Origin: an uncultured Thermoleophilia bacterium
Lineage (GTDB): Bacteria; Actinomycetota; Thermoleophilia; UBA2241
Reading direction: 5' to 3'
Assembly: GCA_963715985.1 (NCBI GenBank)
Contig: CAVQSP010000008.1
Span: forward strand, 122,092-186,091
Length of the DNA stretch: 64,000 bases
This document shows, in pieces, positions 1 through 10,548 of this stretch; position 1 is the first letter of the stretch, and each line of letters starts with the position of its first letter. The notes below the pieces were generated by a model. That model saw only the letters and a program-made list of their open reading frames with translations, was not told the DNA's origin and did no database searches. A program made the translations under genes and the position numbers.

Positions 1-237
1 ATGATCGCCGACATCGCCAAGAACCTCGACGGCTCTCTGGAGGCGTTCTACTACGCCTTCGGCGAGAACGACGTGTACAGCATCGTCGACCTGCCGGACA
101 ACGTCACGGCGGCGGCGATGGCCGCGCACATCACCGCCGGCGGCATGGTGAGGTGCAAGGTCACGGTGCTCCTCACGCCGGAGGAGGTCGACAAGTCGGC
201 GCGTACCAAGATGTTCTTCCGGCCGCCCGGGGCCTGA
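1..237 (+). CDS. GYD domain-containing protein (5'-partial)
   Basis: LEAFYYAFGENDVYSIVDLPD...TVLLTPEEVD is the typical GYD-domain pattern; probably truncated by the window edge. Confidence 0.8.
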   Translation: MIADIAKNLDGSLEAFYYAFGENDVYSIVDLPDNVTAAAMAAHITAGGMVRCKVTVLLTPEEVDKSARTKMFFRPPGA

Positions 238-244
238 GCCGGCC

Positions 245-1688
245 ATGGGCAGAGAGGCGCAGTTCTACATCGGCGGGCGCTGGGTCGACCCCGTCGGAGC
301 CAGGCAGGACGATAGCGGTCATCGACCCGGCGACCGAGGAGGAAGTCACGCGGGTGGCGGCCGCCTCGTCCGCCGACGTGGAGTCGGCGGTGCAGGCGGC
401 CCATCGGGCCTTCGAAGGCTACTCGAAGACGACGCGCGAAGAGCGCCTCGAGCTGCTCACCCACCTGCGCGAGGCGTACAAGAAGCGGATCCCCGAGATC
501 GCGGCCGCGATGACGACCGAGGTCGGCATCCCGCGCGGCCTCGCCGAGGGCGGCCAGGTGCTGGCCGGCGCGCGCCACCTCAAGGAGGCCATCGAGGCGC
601 TGCGCGACTACCCGCTGGAGCAGGACTGGGGCTCGACCCGCATCGTGCGCGAGCCCATCGGCGTGTGCGCCCTGCTCGCGCCGTGGAACTGGCCGATGAA
701 CCAGGTGACGTGCAAGGTCGGGCCGGCGCTCGCCGCCGGCTGCACGATGGTCCTCAAGCCGAGCCAGCTCGCGCCGCTCTCGGCGCTGCTCTTCGCCGAG
801 GCGGTGGACGAGGCCGGCATTCCCGCCGGCGTGTTCAACATGGTGAACGGCGCCGGCGCTGCGCTGGGAGAGGCGTTCGCGACGCACCCGCTCGTCGACA
901 TGGTGTCCATCACCGGCTCGACTGCGGTCGGCGGCGTGGTGGCTGCCGCGGCGGCGCCGTCGATCAAGCGCGTCTCCCAGGAGCTCGGCGGCAAATCGGC
1001 CAACATCGTCTTCGGCGACGTGAACGTCCGCAGGGTCGTCGCCTCCGGCACGCTGGGCTGCATGCACAACTCGGGCCAGACCTGCAACGCGCCCACACGG
1101 ATGCTCGTCGCCGAGGAGATCTACGACGAGGCCGTCGAGGTCGCGGCGAGGGCCGCCGACGGCGTGGCGGTCGGCGATCCGCGCGACCAGGCCACCTTCA
1201 TGGGCCCCGTGGCCGGCCGCAAACAGTTCGAGACGGTGCGCAGCTACATCGAGGCGGGCATCGCCGAGGGCGCGCGCCTGGTCGCCGGCGGGCTCGAGCG
1301 CCCGGACGGCCTCGACAAGGGGTTCTTCGTGCGGCCCACGGTCTTCGCCGACGTGACGCCCGACATGCGCGTGTTCCGCGAGGAGATCTTCGGGCCGGTG
1401 CTCTGCATGACGCCGTTCCGCGACGAGGCGCACGCCATCGAGCTGGCCAACGCCACCGACTTCGGGCTCTCCGGCTACGTGCAGTCGGCCGACCTGGAGC
1501 GGGCGCGGCGCGTGGCCGGCCGCATGCGCACCGGCATGGTGCACCTCAACGGGGCGCCGACCGACGGGCGCGCGCCCTTCGGCGGCTACAAGCAGTCGGG
1601 CAACGGCCGCGAGTGGGGCCGGTTCGGGCTGGAGGACTACCTCGAGGTCAAGGCGATCATGGGGTACGGAGGCGCGCCGACCGGCTGA
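245..1688 (+). CDS. Aldehyde dehydrogenase family protein (indel near 300)
   Basis: N-terminus MGREAQFYIGGRWVDP in one frame joins IAVIDPATEE in another; motifs PWNWP, ITGST, ELGGKS, NSGQTC, EEIFGPV, PFGGYKQSG. Confidence 0.92.
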
Positions 1689-1751
1689 GTGGGAGCCGCC
1701 GGCCGGTCGCCCCTGCGCTTCGCCGCGCTCCTGACCAGGCGTCCCACGACG

Positions 1752-2012
1752 TCAGTCCTCTGGCGCCCACCCCGGTTGCTCGTCGGCCTCCTCGAGCGCT
1801 CCAAGGACTTCCCTGGCCTCTTCGAGACGGTCGGGTTCGACGAGGACGGCGACCAATCCCAACCCGCCGCCCGATCCCGCGAAGAGCCAGCCGCCGTGCT
1901 GCTCAGGACGGGTCATGGCGGGGATCCCGGCATCCTCGAGCGCACCCTTGATGGTGTCCGCGGCGAACGTCCCCAGCACCATCGTCAGCGTGACGAGCTG
2001 CGCCTTGCCCAT
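1752..2012 (-). CDS. Small DUF2007-like (putative signal-transducing) protein
   Basis: 86 aa MGKAQLVTL..ADTIKGALEDAGIPA..VAVLVEPDRLEEAREVL; start overlaps the decarboxylase stop. Confidence 0.7.
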   Translation of the reverse strand: MGKAQLVTLTMVLGTFAADTIKGALEDAGIPAMTRPEQHGGWLFAGSGGGLGLVAVLVEPDRLEEAREVLGALEEADEQPGWAPED

Positions 2013-3353
2013 CAGGGTCGCCGCGCCAGGTCGTCCAGGATCAGGTCGACGTCCCCGCGCGTGGTGAGAGGGTTGATGAAGCAGAAGCGCAACACCGTCT
2101 CCCCGGCGTGTTTGGTGGGCGTGACCATGCCGAGCCCGCTGCGCAACGCGGCCACGCTCCACGCGTCGTAGGCGGTCGCGTCCCAGCCCACGCGGCGGAA
2201 CAGCATCACGGTGAGCGCGGGCTCGAGGACGAGCTCGAGCATGGCGCTCTCCCGGATGCGGTCGGCCGCGTACAGGGCGATGTCGTGGCAGTGCTCGATC
2301 GCCTCGACGTACGCGTCCGTACCGTAGGCGAGCACCGAGACCCACAGGGGCAGGCCGCGCGGGCGGCGGGTGAGGTGCACGGCGAGGTCAGAGGGGTTGC
2401 CGGCCTCCTCGTCGACGAGGAAGTCGAGGTAGTCCGCTTCCTGCGTGAGCGCCTGACGGGCGGCCGCGGCGTCCCGGTACACGAGCGCCGCGCAGTCGAA
2501 CGGCAGGTAGAGCCACTTGTGCGGATTCACGATGAACGAATCCGCCCGCTCGATGCCGGCGAACAGACCGCGAAGGCGGGGAGACAGCAGCGCCGCGCCG
2601 CCGTAGGCGCCGTCCACGTGCAGCCACAGTCCGCGGTCGGCGCAGACGTCGGCGATGCTCTCGAGGTCGTCCACGGCGCCGGTGTTGGTCGCGCCGGCGG
2701 CGGCCACCACGGCCACGATGTCGGCCGGGTCGCGCCCGTCGAGGGCGGCGACCAGCGTGCGCCCGTCGAGGCGGCCGTGGTCGTCGGCCGGCGGCGCCAC
2801 GACGAGGTCGCAGCCCATGACGCGCGCCGCGGCGGCGAGCGACGAGTGCGCCGAGGCGCCGGTGACGACGGCCTGGCGGCGCGGGCAGGCGTAGCCGTCC
2901 CCGCGCGCGGCCACGAGGGCGCTGAGGTTGGCCATCGAGCCGCCGGAGACGAAGGTGCCGCCGGCGCTCGCCGGGAACCCTGCGGCGTCGGCGAGCCAGC
3001 GCAGCGTCGCGTCCTCGGCGTCCACGGCGGCGGCCCCCTCCAGGCGCGTACCGCCGAAGACCATCCCCGCCGAGAGCGCCATGTCGGCGAGCGCCGCGGC
3101 CACGGTCGGCGTCCCCGGGACAAAGGCCAGGAAGCGGGGGTGGTCCGGTGGCACAGCCGTCGGTACCACCGTGTCGAGGAGCGTGCGCAGCGCCGCCTCG
3201 GTGCCGATGCCCTGCGCGCTGAACGCCGGCAGCGTCACGCGCCGGATCGGCCGGCGGCAGCGTGCTGCGCCTGTCGGCGAGTCGCGCCAGCGCCCAGTCC
3301 ATCAGCTCGCGGGCGGCGGCGGCGTCCTCAGGCGTGGGCTCGTGCATGCGCAT
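2012..3353 (-). CDS. Group II PLP-dependent decarboxylase (indel near 3240)
   Basis: HPRFLAFVP, SGGSMAN, AHSS, WLHVDGAYGG, NPHKW (PLP Lys); N-terminus MRMHEPT in another frame. Confidence 0.9.
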
Positions 3354-3455
3354 GCGTTGCATCCTATCGCGCCTTGGTGGGACGGGCGGTCGCGACCGAG
3401 AAGGTGCGTGCGCGCACAGGGGTTAGGAAGCCGCGCTCCCAGAGAACATGAGGGT

Positions 3456-4148
3456 ATGGACCGCACAGGGCAGAAGCGTGCCGCCGCCCGGGCGGCGATC
3501 GAGTTCGTGCAGGCCGGCGCCGTGATCGGTGTCGGCACCGGGAGCACGGCGGCGTTCTTCGTCGAAGCGCTCGCGGACCTGCCGCCGGAGAGACGGCCGG
3601 CTGCGGCGGTGGCCAGCTCGGAGGCCACGGCCGCCGCGCTCCGCGCTGCCGGCATCGCCGTGGTCGAGCTCGCGTCGCTCGAGCCGCCGGCGCCGGGCGC
3701 CGCGATGCTGCCGCTGTACGTGGACGGCGCCGACGAGGTCGACCCGAAGCTGCGCCTCATCAAGGGCGCCGGCGGCGCCCTGACGCGCGAGAAGGTGCTG
3801 GCGACCGCCGCGCGGCTGTTCGTCTGCGTCGTCGATGAGTCCAAGCTGGTCGAGGGGCTGGGCGCGGCGCCGGTGCCGCTCGAGGTGGTGCCGATGGCCG
3901 CGGCGTTCGTCGCCGCGCACGTGACTGCGCGCGGCGGCCACCCCGCGGTCCGCCCCGGCTACCTCACGGACAACGGCAACGCCGTGCTGGACGTGATGGG
4001 GCTCGACCTCTCAGACCCGGAGGGTCTGGAAGTCGAGCTCAACGCCATTCCCGGCGTGCTCGACTGCGGCGTCTTCGCGCGCCGGCGCGCCGACCTCGTG
4101 CTCGCCGGCGCCGCGACGGGGGTCAGGACGCTGCGCCCGCCTCGGTAG
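3456..4148 (+). CDS. rpiA: Ribose-5-phosphate isomerase A
   Basis: GVGTGST, YVDGADEVD, LIKGAGGALTREK, TDNGN motifs. Confidence 0.95.
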   Translation: MDRTGQKRAAARAAIEFVQAGAVIGVGTGSTAAFFVEALADLPPERRPAAAVASSEATAAALRAAGIAVVELASLEPPAPGAAMLPLYVDGADEVDPKLRLIKGAGGALTREKVLATAARLFVCVVDESKLVEGLGAAPVPLEVVPMAAAFVAAHVTARGGHPAVRPGYLTDNGNAVLDVMGLDLSDPEGLEVELNAIPGVLDCGVFARRRADLVLAGAATGVRTLRPPR

Positions 4149-4315
4149 CCGCTGCTTCGCCCGCCCCGGTACCCTCTTGTCCGGCGGCCCCGATCGCGGT
4201 CGCTCCGCCCGTCCGGCGGGCCCGCCCCGATCCTGGCGGCGGTCCTCCTCCTGACGCAGGCCCCTGTGCTACGCTCGCCGCGGAGCAGGTCTCGGCCACG
4301 ACCGCTGGTGGGGGT

Positions 4316-5752
4316 GTGGACGTGGGGGCATGGATCGTGCGGGCGCTCGCCGTGGGGGCGAGCTTGTGGGCGGCCGGTCTGGTCGTCCTCGGTCCGGCCG
4401 CGGCCGCCTCCGGCAGCGCGGCCACCGCTCCGGTGTCCTCCTTCCGCGAGCGGGACTTCGCGGTGCCGGTGATGGTGCTCGTGAACCGGCTCTACTCCGG
4501 TGACCGGCCGGTGCCCCGGCGAGACGGCGGCGTGCACGATGCACACGGTGTGCGCATGCGCCTGGTGGCCGGTGAGCTCCGCGACCTCCCCAGACTGCAG
4601 GCGACCTACGGGCTCCTGAACCTCAACACGTACCGGCTCACCGGTGACGGGTTCTTCCTCGAACGGGCGCTGGCTCAGGCCCGGCGGCTCGTCTCCAACA
4701 TGGTCACATCCGGTGGCGCCTGGTTCGTGCCCACGCCCATCAGCTGCCATCGCCACGGTGTCGGCAGCGAGCCCATCGCCGCACCGTACTTCTCGGCGCT
4801 CGCCCAGGGGCGCACGCTGCTCTTCTTCTCGCGGCTCGCCGCGGTGACGGGTGAACAGCGCTGGCGCACCGCCGCCGGCCGCGTGTTCGCCGCGTTCCGG
4901 CTGCGCGAGCCGCGCCGGGGCCCGTGCGTGATCACGGTGGACGACGATGACTGTCTCTGGCTCCAGGAGTGGCCGTGGGCCGGGTGGCTGCCGGACGACA
5001 CCTTCAACGGGCACATCTCCGCCGCCTTCGGCATCTACGAGTACTACTGCGTCACCCGCGACCCCCTCGCCCTCTCCCTGTTTCGCGGCGCGGCCACCAC
5101 GGCGCTGCACTACGCGCCCACGTTCCGCCAGCCCGGGTGGCTCAGCCACTACTGCCTCGCCCACCTGATCACCAACCCCAACTACCACCGCATCCACGTC
5201 CAGCAGCTGTTGGTGCTCCACACCTTCACGCGCGAGCCTGAGTTCGCGCACTACGCCGACCTGTTCGAGAGTGACTACCCCGCGCCGTCGGTCTCGGGAA
5301 GCCTGCGGATCTGCGCCGGCACGCACGTGGTCGCGCGCCCGGCCGGAGATGAGGCGGGCGCGCGGGCGACGGTGACGTTCGCGCATCCGGTCCGCGCCCG
5401 CGTGACGCGGCGCCAGCGGATGCGCGGCGACGGCATCTTCTTCCGCGTGGCGAGCGGGCCGTTGTCCGGGCAGTGGATCGAGGAGGAACCGGGGCGCGTG
5501 TACTTGCCGGGCCCGGTGGTCCAACTCCGGTACTGGCCCCTCCGGGCGCTGACGCTGGCCGCGGGCCGCACGTACACGGCGCGCCGGTACGGCGACGGCG
5601 GCGCCGAGGTGGCACGGGCCGCGGTGGCGGCCGGCGCGACGCTGGCTGTGGATCGCGGCGCCGTGGTGGACGGCTACCCGAGCGTGCGCCTCAGCGGCGG
5701 CGAGCTGAACGGGTATTGGCTGCGGCTGGGGAGCGGCGTCACGCTGCGCTGA
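4316..5752 (+). CDS. Secreted D-glucuronyl C5-epimerase C-terminal-domain protein
   Basis: Signal peptide; SALAQG, WLQEWP, FNGHISAAFGIYEY, YHRIHVQQL match the C5-epimerase C-terminal motif order. Confidence 0.7.
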   Translation: MDVGAWIVRALAVGASLWAAGLVVLGPAAAASGSAATAPVSSFRERDFAVPVMVLVNRLYSGDRPVPRRDGGVHDAHGVRMRLVAGELRDLPRLQATYGLLNLNTYRLTGDGFFLERALAQARRLVSNMVTSGGAWFVPTPISCHRHGVGSEPIAAPYFSALAQGRTLLFFSRLAAVTGEQRWRTAAGRVFAAFRLREPRRGPCVITVDDDDCLWLQEWPWAGWLPDDTFNGHISAAFGIYEYYCVTRDPLALSLFRGAATTALHYAPTFRQPGWLSHYCLAHLITNPNYHRIHVQQLLVLHTFTREPEFAHYADLFESDYPAPSVSGSLRICAGTHVVARPAGDEAGARATVTFAHPVRARVTRRQRMRGDGIFFRVASGPLSGQWIEEEPGRVYLPGPVVQLRYWPLRALTLAAGRTYTARRYGDGGAEVARAAVAAGATLAVDRGAVVDGYPSVRLSGGELNGYWLRLGSGVTLR

Positions 5753-5767
5753 CCGGATGCCCCGGGT

Positions 5768-7057
5768 CTACTTCTGCGCGAACACCATGATGCTGCCGGT
5801 GTAGCAGCACACCCACACGCTCTTCGTGGGCGTGTCGTAGGTGATGCCGATGGGCAGTGCGTTGGTGCCCACGCTGTCGATCACCTTCATGTCCCTGGTG
5901 CGCACCTGGCTCATCGTGCTGGAGTCGTAGTTGACGACGAAGAGGGACTTGCCGTCGGTGGCCATGGCCATGCTCCGCGGCTGCTGGCCGGTGTAGACCT
6001 TCTTCATCACGTGGCCGGTCTTCGTGCTGATCTTGGCCACGTTGCCCTCGCCGTTCAGGGTGGCGTACAGGTACCTGCCGTCGGGGCTCATCACGAGGTG
6101 ACGTGGGCCGGAGCCGACGCCGCGGATCCAGCTCACCGAGAAGTCCGTGAGGTCGACCTTGGCGATGTCGTAGCTGCCCATCACTGCCACGTACGCCGTC
6201 TCGGAGTCCGGCGAGACGGCGATGCCGCGCGGGTACGGCCCGAGGTAGACGCTTGTCACCGGCTTGCTCTTGTGCACGTCGATCACGCTGAGCGTGTAGG
6301 AGATCCAGTTCGTCACCAGCAGGTACTTCTGGTCGGGGGTGACGGCCACGTACTTGGGCACCGAGCCGACCTTGATGACCTTGTCGATCTTGAGGTCGTC
6401 GAGAGCGACCCGGTACACGAAACTCTTGTCGTACCCGGAGCTGGGTCCGCCCACGTCGTGGCCCTCACGGTAGTAGCCGGGGCCGTACATGGAGTACTGC
6501 GTCACGAACATGAAGCGGTGGTCGGGGGTCTCCGCCGCCTCGACTGGGGCGCCCTGCAGGGTGCCGGTCTTGTTCTTGTAGCCGAAGTCCGAGAGCCTGA
6601 CGCGGTCGGGGATCGTCTTGACCAGCTTGAGCGTCTTGGTGTCGTACACCGTCATGGTGTGGCGGTACATCATGTTCTGCGCGAACACGTAGCCGGTGCC
6701 GCTGGAGACCACCGATTTGGGCGAGATGTCGTTGCTGATGATGACCTTGCGGAGTTTCAGGTCGAGCTTGTCCGACGGCGGCCCGGTCCAGGCGGCGGCC
6801 GCCTGGGCGCTGGACGTGGGCGTCGGCTTGGGCGATGACGAGGACGTCGCGCCGGAGCCGGGCGTGGACGAGGAGCCGGGCGTGGCAGCGGCCGCCGAAG
6901 GCCCGCCGCCGCTGGTCTCGTCGCCGCGCGTGACGGCCACGACCACCGCGACGGCGGCCGCGACCACAAGGATGAGGACGAGGAGCGCGAAGAGCCGGCG
7001 CCGCCGGTAGCGGCGCGCCCGGTAGCGGCGAGCGGTACGGGAGGTGCGGCGCGTCAT
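5768..7057 (-). CDS. Membrane-anchored YVTN/YncE beta-propeller protein
   Basis: Arg-rich N-terminus, TM helix, S/T/P linker, then repeats such as VGSVPKYVAVTPDQKYLLVTN and GPYPRGIAVSPD. Confidence 0.85.
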   Translation of the reverse strand: MTRRTSRTARRYRARRYRRRRLFALLVLILVVAAAVAVVVAVTRGDETSGGGPSAAAATPGSSSTPGSGATSSSSPKPTPTSSAQAAAAWTGPPSDKLDLKLRKVIISNDISPKSVVSSGTGYVFAQNMMYRHTMTVYDTKTLKLVKTIPDRVRLSDFGYKNKTGTLQGAPVEAAETPDHRFMFVTQYSMYGPGYYREGHDVGGPSSGYDKSFVYRVALDDLKIDKVIKVGSVPKYVAVTPDQKYLLVTNWISYTLSVIDVHKSKPVTSVYLGPYPRGIAVSPDSETAYVAVMGSYDIAKVDLTDFSVSWIRGVGSGPRHLVMSPDGRYLYATLNGEGNVAKISTKTGHVMKKVYTGQQPRSMAMATDGKSLFVVNYDSSTMSQVRTRDMKVIDSVGTNALPIGITYDTPTKSVWVCCYTGSIMVFAQK

Positions 7058-7121
7058 GGGTGAGCAGTCTAGCATCGGAGGGCGGAGGCTCGCCGCCCAG
7101 GCGGCGCGGGCCCGGGGCCGC

Positions 7122-8273
7122 TCAGCCGAGTGCGACGTGCAGGCGGCGCAGCGCCTCCTGCAGGGTGCTCCGCGGGCAGGCGAAGTTGAGGCGCAGGAAG
7201 CCGGGGTCGCCGAAGTCGGCCCCGGGCGAGAGCGCGAGCCCGGCCTCGAGGCAGGCGCGCGCAGCGCCGGGGCCGCTCAGGCCCCGGTCGCACAGGGCGC
7301 GCACGTCGAGCCAGGCGAGATACGTGGCCTCGACGTGCGTCACGCTCACATCCGGCAGCCGCTCTATGACCGTCTCCTCGACGAGATCCCGGTTGCCGCG
7401 AAGGTAGTCCACCAGCTGCGCCAGCCACTCGTCGCCCTCGCGGTAAGCGGCCTCCGCGGCGTCGACGGCGAAGCAGCCGGGGAAGGGCAGCAGCCCGCCG
7501 CTGGCGCGCTGAAACCGCTGCCGCAGCTCGGGGTCGGCGATGACGGCGAAGGCGAAGTTGAGCCCCGGCAGATTGAACGTCTTGCTGGGCGACATCAGGG
7601 TGACGATGTCGGGGGCTTGATGCCCCTGTGCGGCGAGCGCAGCCGGCACGTGCTGGAGCGGGTCGAGGACGAGGTCGCAGTGGATCTCGTCCGAGACGAG
7701 CACGAGGTCGTGGCGGCGGCAGAACTGCGCCACCGCCGCCACTTCATCCGCCCGCCACACGCGGCCCAGCGGGTTGTGCGGGTGGCAGAAGAGCAAGGCG
7801 CGCGTGTCGGGCGTGACGACCGCCTCCATCTCCTCCAGCGGGAGCTGCCAGCGGCCGCCGTCGCAGGTGGCCGGGACGGTGATGAGCCGGCGGCCCTGCT
7901 GCTCCGGCGCGTGGAGGAACGGCGGGTAGACCGGTGTGATCGTCATCACGGCCTCGCCGGGCGCCGCGAACGCGCCACAGGCCAGATTGAGGCCCGGCAC
8001 CACGCTGGGCAACCACACCAGCCAGTCGGGTTCGATGTGCCAGCCGTACCGCGAAGCCAGGTGCGCGCGGATCGCCTCCACCAGCGACTCCGGCACCAGC
8101 GAGTAGCCGAAGACGCCGTGCTCGGAGCGGGCGCGCAGCGCCTCCACCACGGCGGGCGGTGAGGCGAAGTCCATGTCGGCGACCCACAGCGGCAGCACCC
8201 CCTCAGGGTACTTGTCCCACTTGAAGCTCGCCGTGCCGGTGCGGTCCACCGGGGTGTCGAAGTCGAACCTCAT
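7122..8273 (-). CDS. MalY/PatB family PLP C-S lyase
   Basis: LPLWVADMDF, PHNPLGRVW, SDEIHCDL, SPSKTFNLPGL, FLRLNFAC. Confidence 0.92.
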   Translation of the reverse strand: MRFDFDTPVDRTGTASFKWDKYPEGVLPLWVADMDFASPPAVVEALRARSEHGVFGYSLVPESLVEAIRAHLASRYGWHIEPDWLVWLPSVVPGLNLACGAFAAPGEAVMTITPVYPPFLHAPEQQGRRLITVPATCDGGRWQLPLEEMEAVVTPDTRALLFCHPHNPLGRVWRADEVAAVAQFCRRHDLVLVSDEIHCDLVLDPLQHVPAALAAQGHQAPDIVTLMSPSKTFNLPGLNFAFAVIADPELRQRFQRASGGLLPFPGCFAVDAAEAAYREGDEWLAQLVDYLRGNRDLVEETVIERLPDVSVTHVEATYLAWLDVRALCDRGLSGPGAARACLEAGLALSPGADFGDPGFLRLNFACPRSTLQEALRRLHVALG

Positions 8274-8438
8274 ACCGCCGCCCAACGTATCAGACGGCGG
8301 CAGCGCACGCAGAGCGCCTGACGCAAGTCAACAGCGCGGAGCGTGTCTGTCCTGTATCCTGAAGGCTGTGCCCGATCGGCACATCACTGTCGCCGGCCCC
8401 TCATCCACCGCCGGCGTGATCGCCCACAAAGGACTTTC

Positions 8439-10010
8439 ATGAAGATCCGCCTCATCGAACCCGACGCGCCCAGCATGCACCTCTGGTCGAAGTCGTACTT
8501 CGTGCGCCTCGGGCTGCCCATCATCGGCGCTGCGCTCACGCAGGCCGGCCACGACGTGCGCATCTACAACCCGCAGCTGGCGCCGATCGACTGGGACGAC
8601 GTCTACACCTCGGAGCTCGTCGGGCTGTCCTCCACGACCTCCACGTCCCCGGCGGCCTACGAGATCGCCGACGAGCTGCGCCGCCGCCGCATCCCCGTCA
8701 TCATCGGCGGCTCGCACGTCACCTTCATGGCGGACGAGGCGCTCGCGCACGCGGACTTCGTGGCGCGCGGCGAGGGCGGCGAGCAGATCATGCTCGACGT
8801 CGTCGACGTCATGGAGGGCCGCAAGCAGGTCGCCGACGTCGTCGGGATCTCGTTCCGTCGCAACGGCGAGACCGTGCACAACCCGCTGCACCAGGCCTGC
8901 GCCGACCTGGACACGCTGCCCTTCCCCGACCTCACGCTCATCAAGGGCTACGAGCGTCTGTCCAACACGCCCATCATGACCAGCTGGGGCTGCCCCTTCG
9001 CCTGCAACTTCTGTTCGGTGACGGCGATGTTCGGGCGCAAGTACCGGTTCCGCAGCGCGGAGAGCGTGGTCGCCGAGATCAAAGAGAAGAACCCCGAGAA
9101 GATCTTCTTCTACGACGACAACTTCGCCGCCAACAGGCGCCGCCTCAAGCGCCTGCTGCAGCTGATGATCGACGAGGGCATCAAGGTCCGCTGGGGCGCG
9201 CAGGTGCGCACGGACGTGGTGCGCGACCCGGAGCTGCTGGACCTCATGCGGGCCTCGGGGGCCGACTTCGTCGCCCTCGGCCTCGAGTCCGTCAGCCAGG
9301 ACACGCTCGACCACTTCGAGAAGTCGCAGACGGTGGGGGACATCGAGCACGCCATCAAGGTGCTGCACGACTACGGCATCCGCAGCCACGGCATGTTCGT
9401 GCTGGGCGCCGAGCACGACCAGGCCGACTCGGTGCGCGAGACCGTGACGTTCGCCCTCAAGAACAAGATCGACACCGTGATGATGAACATCCTCACGCCG
9501 CTGCCCGGCACGCAGCAGTTCGAGGAGCTGGACGCGGCCGGCCGCATCTTCACCAAGGACTGGCACCTGTACGACGCGCAGCATGCCGTGTTCCATCCCC
9601 GTCACATGAGCGCCGCCAAGCTGCAGAAGGACGTGCTGCGCGAGCAGCGGCGCTTCTACTACACGGGGCGCCCGGTGTACTGGTTCCTTCGCTGGCTGGT
9701 CGGCCGCAACGAGGACAGCTGGAACCGCATGCTGGAGTACGGCTGGATGTGGTACTACGCGCGCATGTGGTCGAGCGACCCGCGCAACCGCGAGCACATG
9801 GCGCAGCTGAAGCACCTGCCGCCGATGGCGGTGGCGCCCCTCGCGGCGACACCGGCTCCGGCACGGCCGCACGGCGGCAACGGCGACGGTGGGCAGGCCG
9901 AGGCCGCGGCGCCGGCGGTCGGGCACGCGAGCCCCGACCCGGCCATCGTGCCGGTGGCCCATCCCGTGGGGCGTGCTCTGTCGGGTACCCGGGAATCATG
10001 TGGCCTGTAG
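8439..10010 (+). CDS. B12-binding domain radical SAM protein
   Basis: IIGGSHVT, GEGGE, TSWGCPFACNFC (CxxxCxxC), FYDDNF, GLES, LTPLPGT; RBS AAAGGA. Confidence 0.92.
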   Translation: MKIRLIEPDAPSMHLWSKSYFVRLGLPIIGAALTQAGHDVRIYNPQLAPIDWDDVYTSELVGLSSTTSTSPAAYEIADELRRRRIPVIIGGSHVTFMADEALAHADFVARGEGGEQIMLDVVDVMEGRKQVADVVGISFRRNGETVHNPLHQACADLDTLPFPDLTLIKGYERLSNTPIMTSWGCPFACNFCSVTAMFGRKYRFRSAESVVAEIKEKNPEKIFFYDDNFAANRRRLKRLLQLMIDEGIKVRWGAQVRTDVVRDPELLDLMRASGADFVALGLESVSQDTLDHFEKSQTVGDIEHAIKVLHDYGIRSHGMFVLGAEHDQADSVRETVTFALKNKIDTVMMNILTPLPGTQQFEELDAAGRIFTKDWHLYDAQHAVFHPRHMSAAKLQKDVLREQRRFYYTGRPVYWFLRWLVGRNEDSWNRMLEYGWMWYYARMWSSDPRNREHMAQLKHLPPMAVAPLAATPAPARPHGGNGDGGQAEAAAPAVGHASPDPAIVPVAHPVGRALSGTRESCGL

Positions 10011-10068
10011 GCGCGCCTGAGGCCTGAGCGGCTTCGCGGCGCGCGCACCACGACACCGAGGTGACATC

Positions 10069-10539
10069 ATGGCCACCGCCACCTTCGCGGCGGGCTGCTT
10101 CTGGGGCGTCGAGGCACGGTTCGCGGACCTGCCCGGCGTGAGCTCCACAGAGGTCGGCTACACCGGCGGCACCACGTCTTCGCCCACCTACGAGCAGGTC
10201 TGTTCGCACCGCACCGGCCACGCGGAGGCCGTGCGCCTGGAGTACGACCCCGACCGGGTCAGCTATGAAGAGCTGCTCGCGGCCTTCTTCGGCATGCACG
10301 ACCCCACGCAGCTCGATCGCCAGGGGCCGGACGTGGGCGACAACTACCGCTCGGCCGTCTTCTTCCACACGCCGGAGCAGGAGAAGGCCGCACAGACGGC
10401 CGTCGAGCAGCTCTCCGAGAGCGGGATCTTCAAGCGCCCGATCGTCACGCAGGTCGTGCCGGCGCCGGCGTGGTGGCGCGCCGAGGAGTACCACCAGAAG
10501 TACTTCGCCAAGCACGGTCGCCACGGCTGCGCCGTGTGA
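10069..10539 (+). CDS. msrA: Peptide-methionine (S)-S-oxide reductase
   Basis: [33 protein letters not shown]. Confidence 0.96.
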   Translation: MATATFAAGCFWGVEARFADLPGVSSTEVGYTGGTTSSPTYEQVCSHRTGHAEAVRLEYDPDRVSYEELLAAFFGMHDPTQLDRQGPDVGDNYRSAVFFHTPEQEKAAQTAVEQLSESGIFKRPIVTQVVPAPAWWRAEEYHQKYFAKHGRHGCAV

Positions 10540-10548
10540 CCCGGCCGG

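Noticed and set aside
8290-8438. Cobalamin riboswitch before the B12-radical SAM gene
   Set aside because: Only two small hairpins follow a TATCCT -10; the leader is short and lacks recognisable B12-box motifs.
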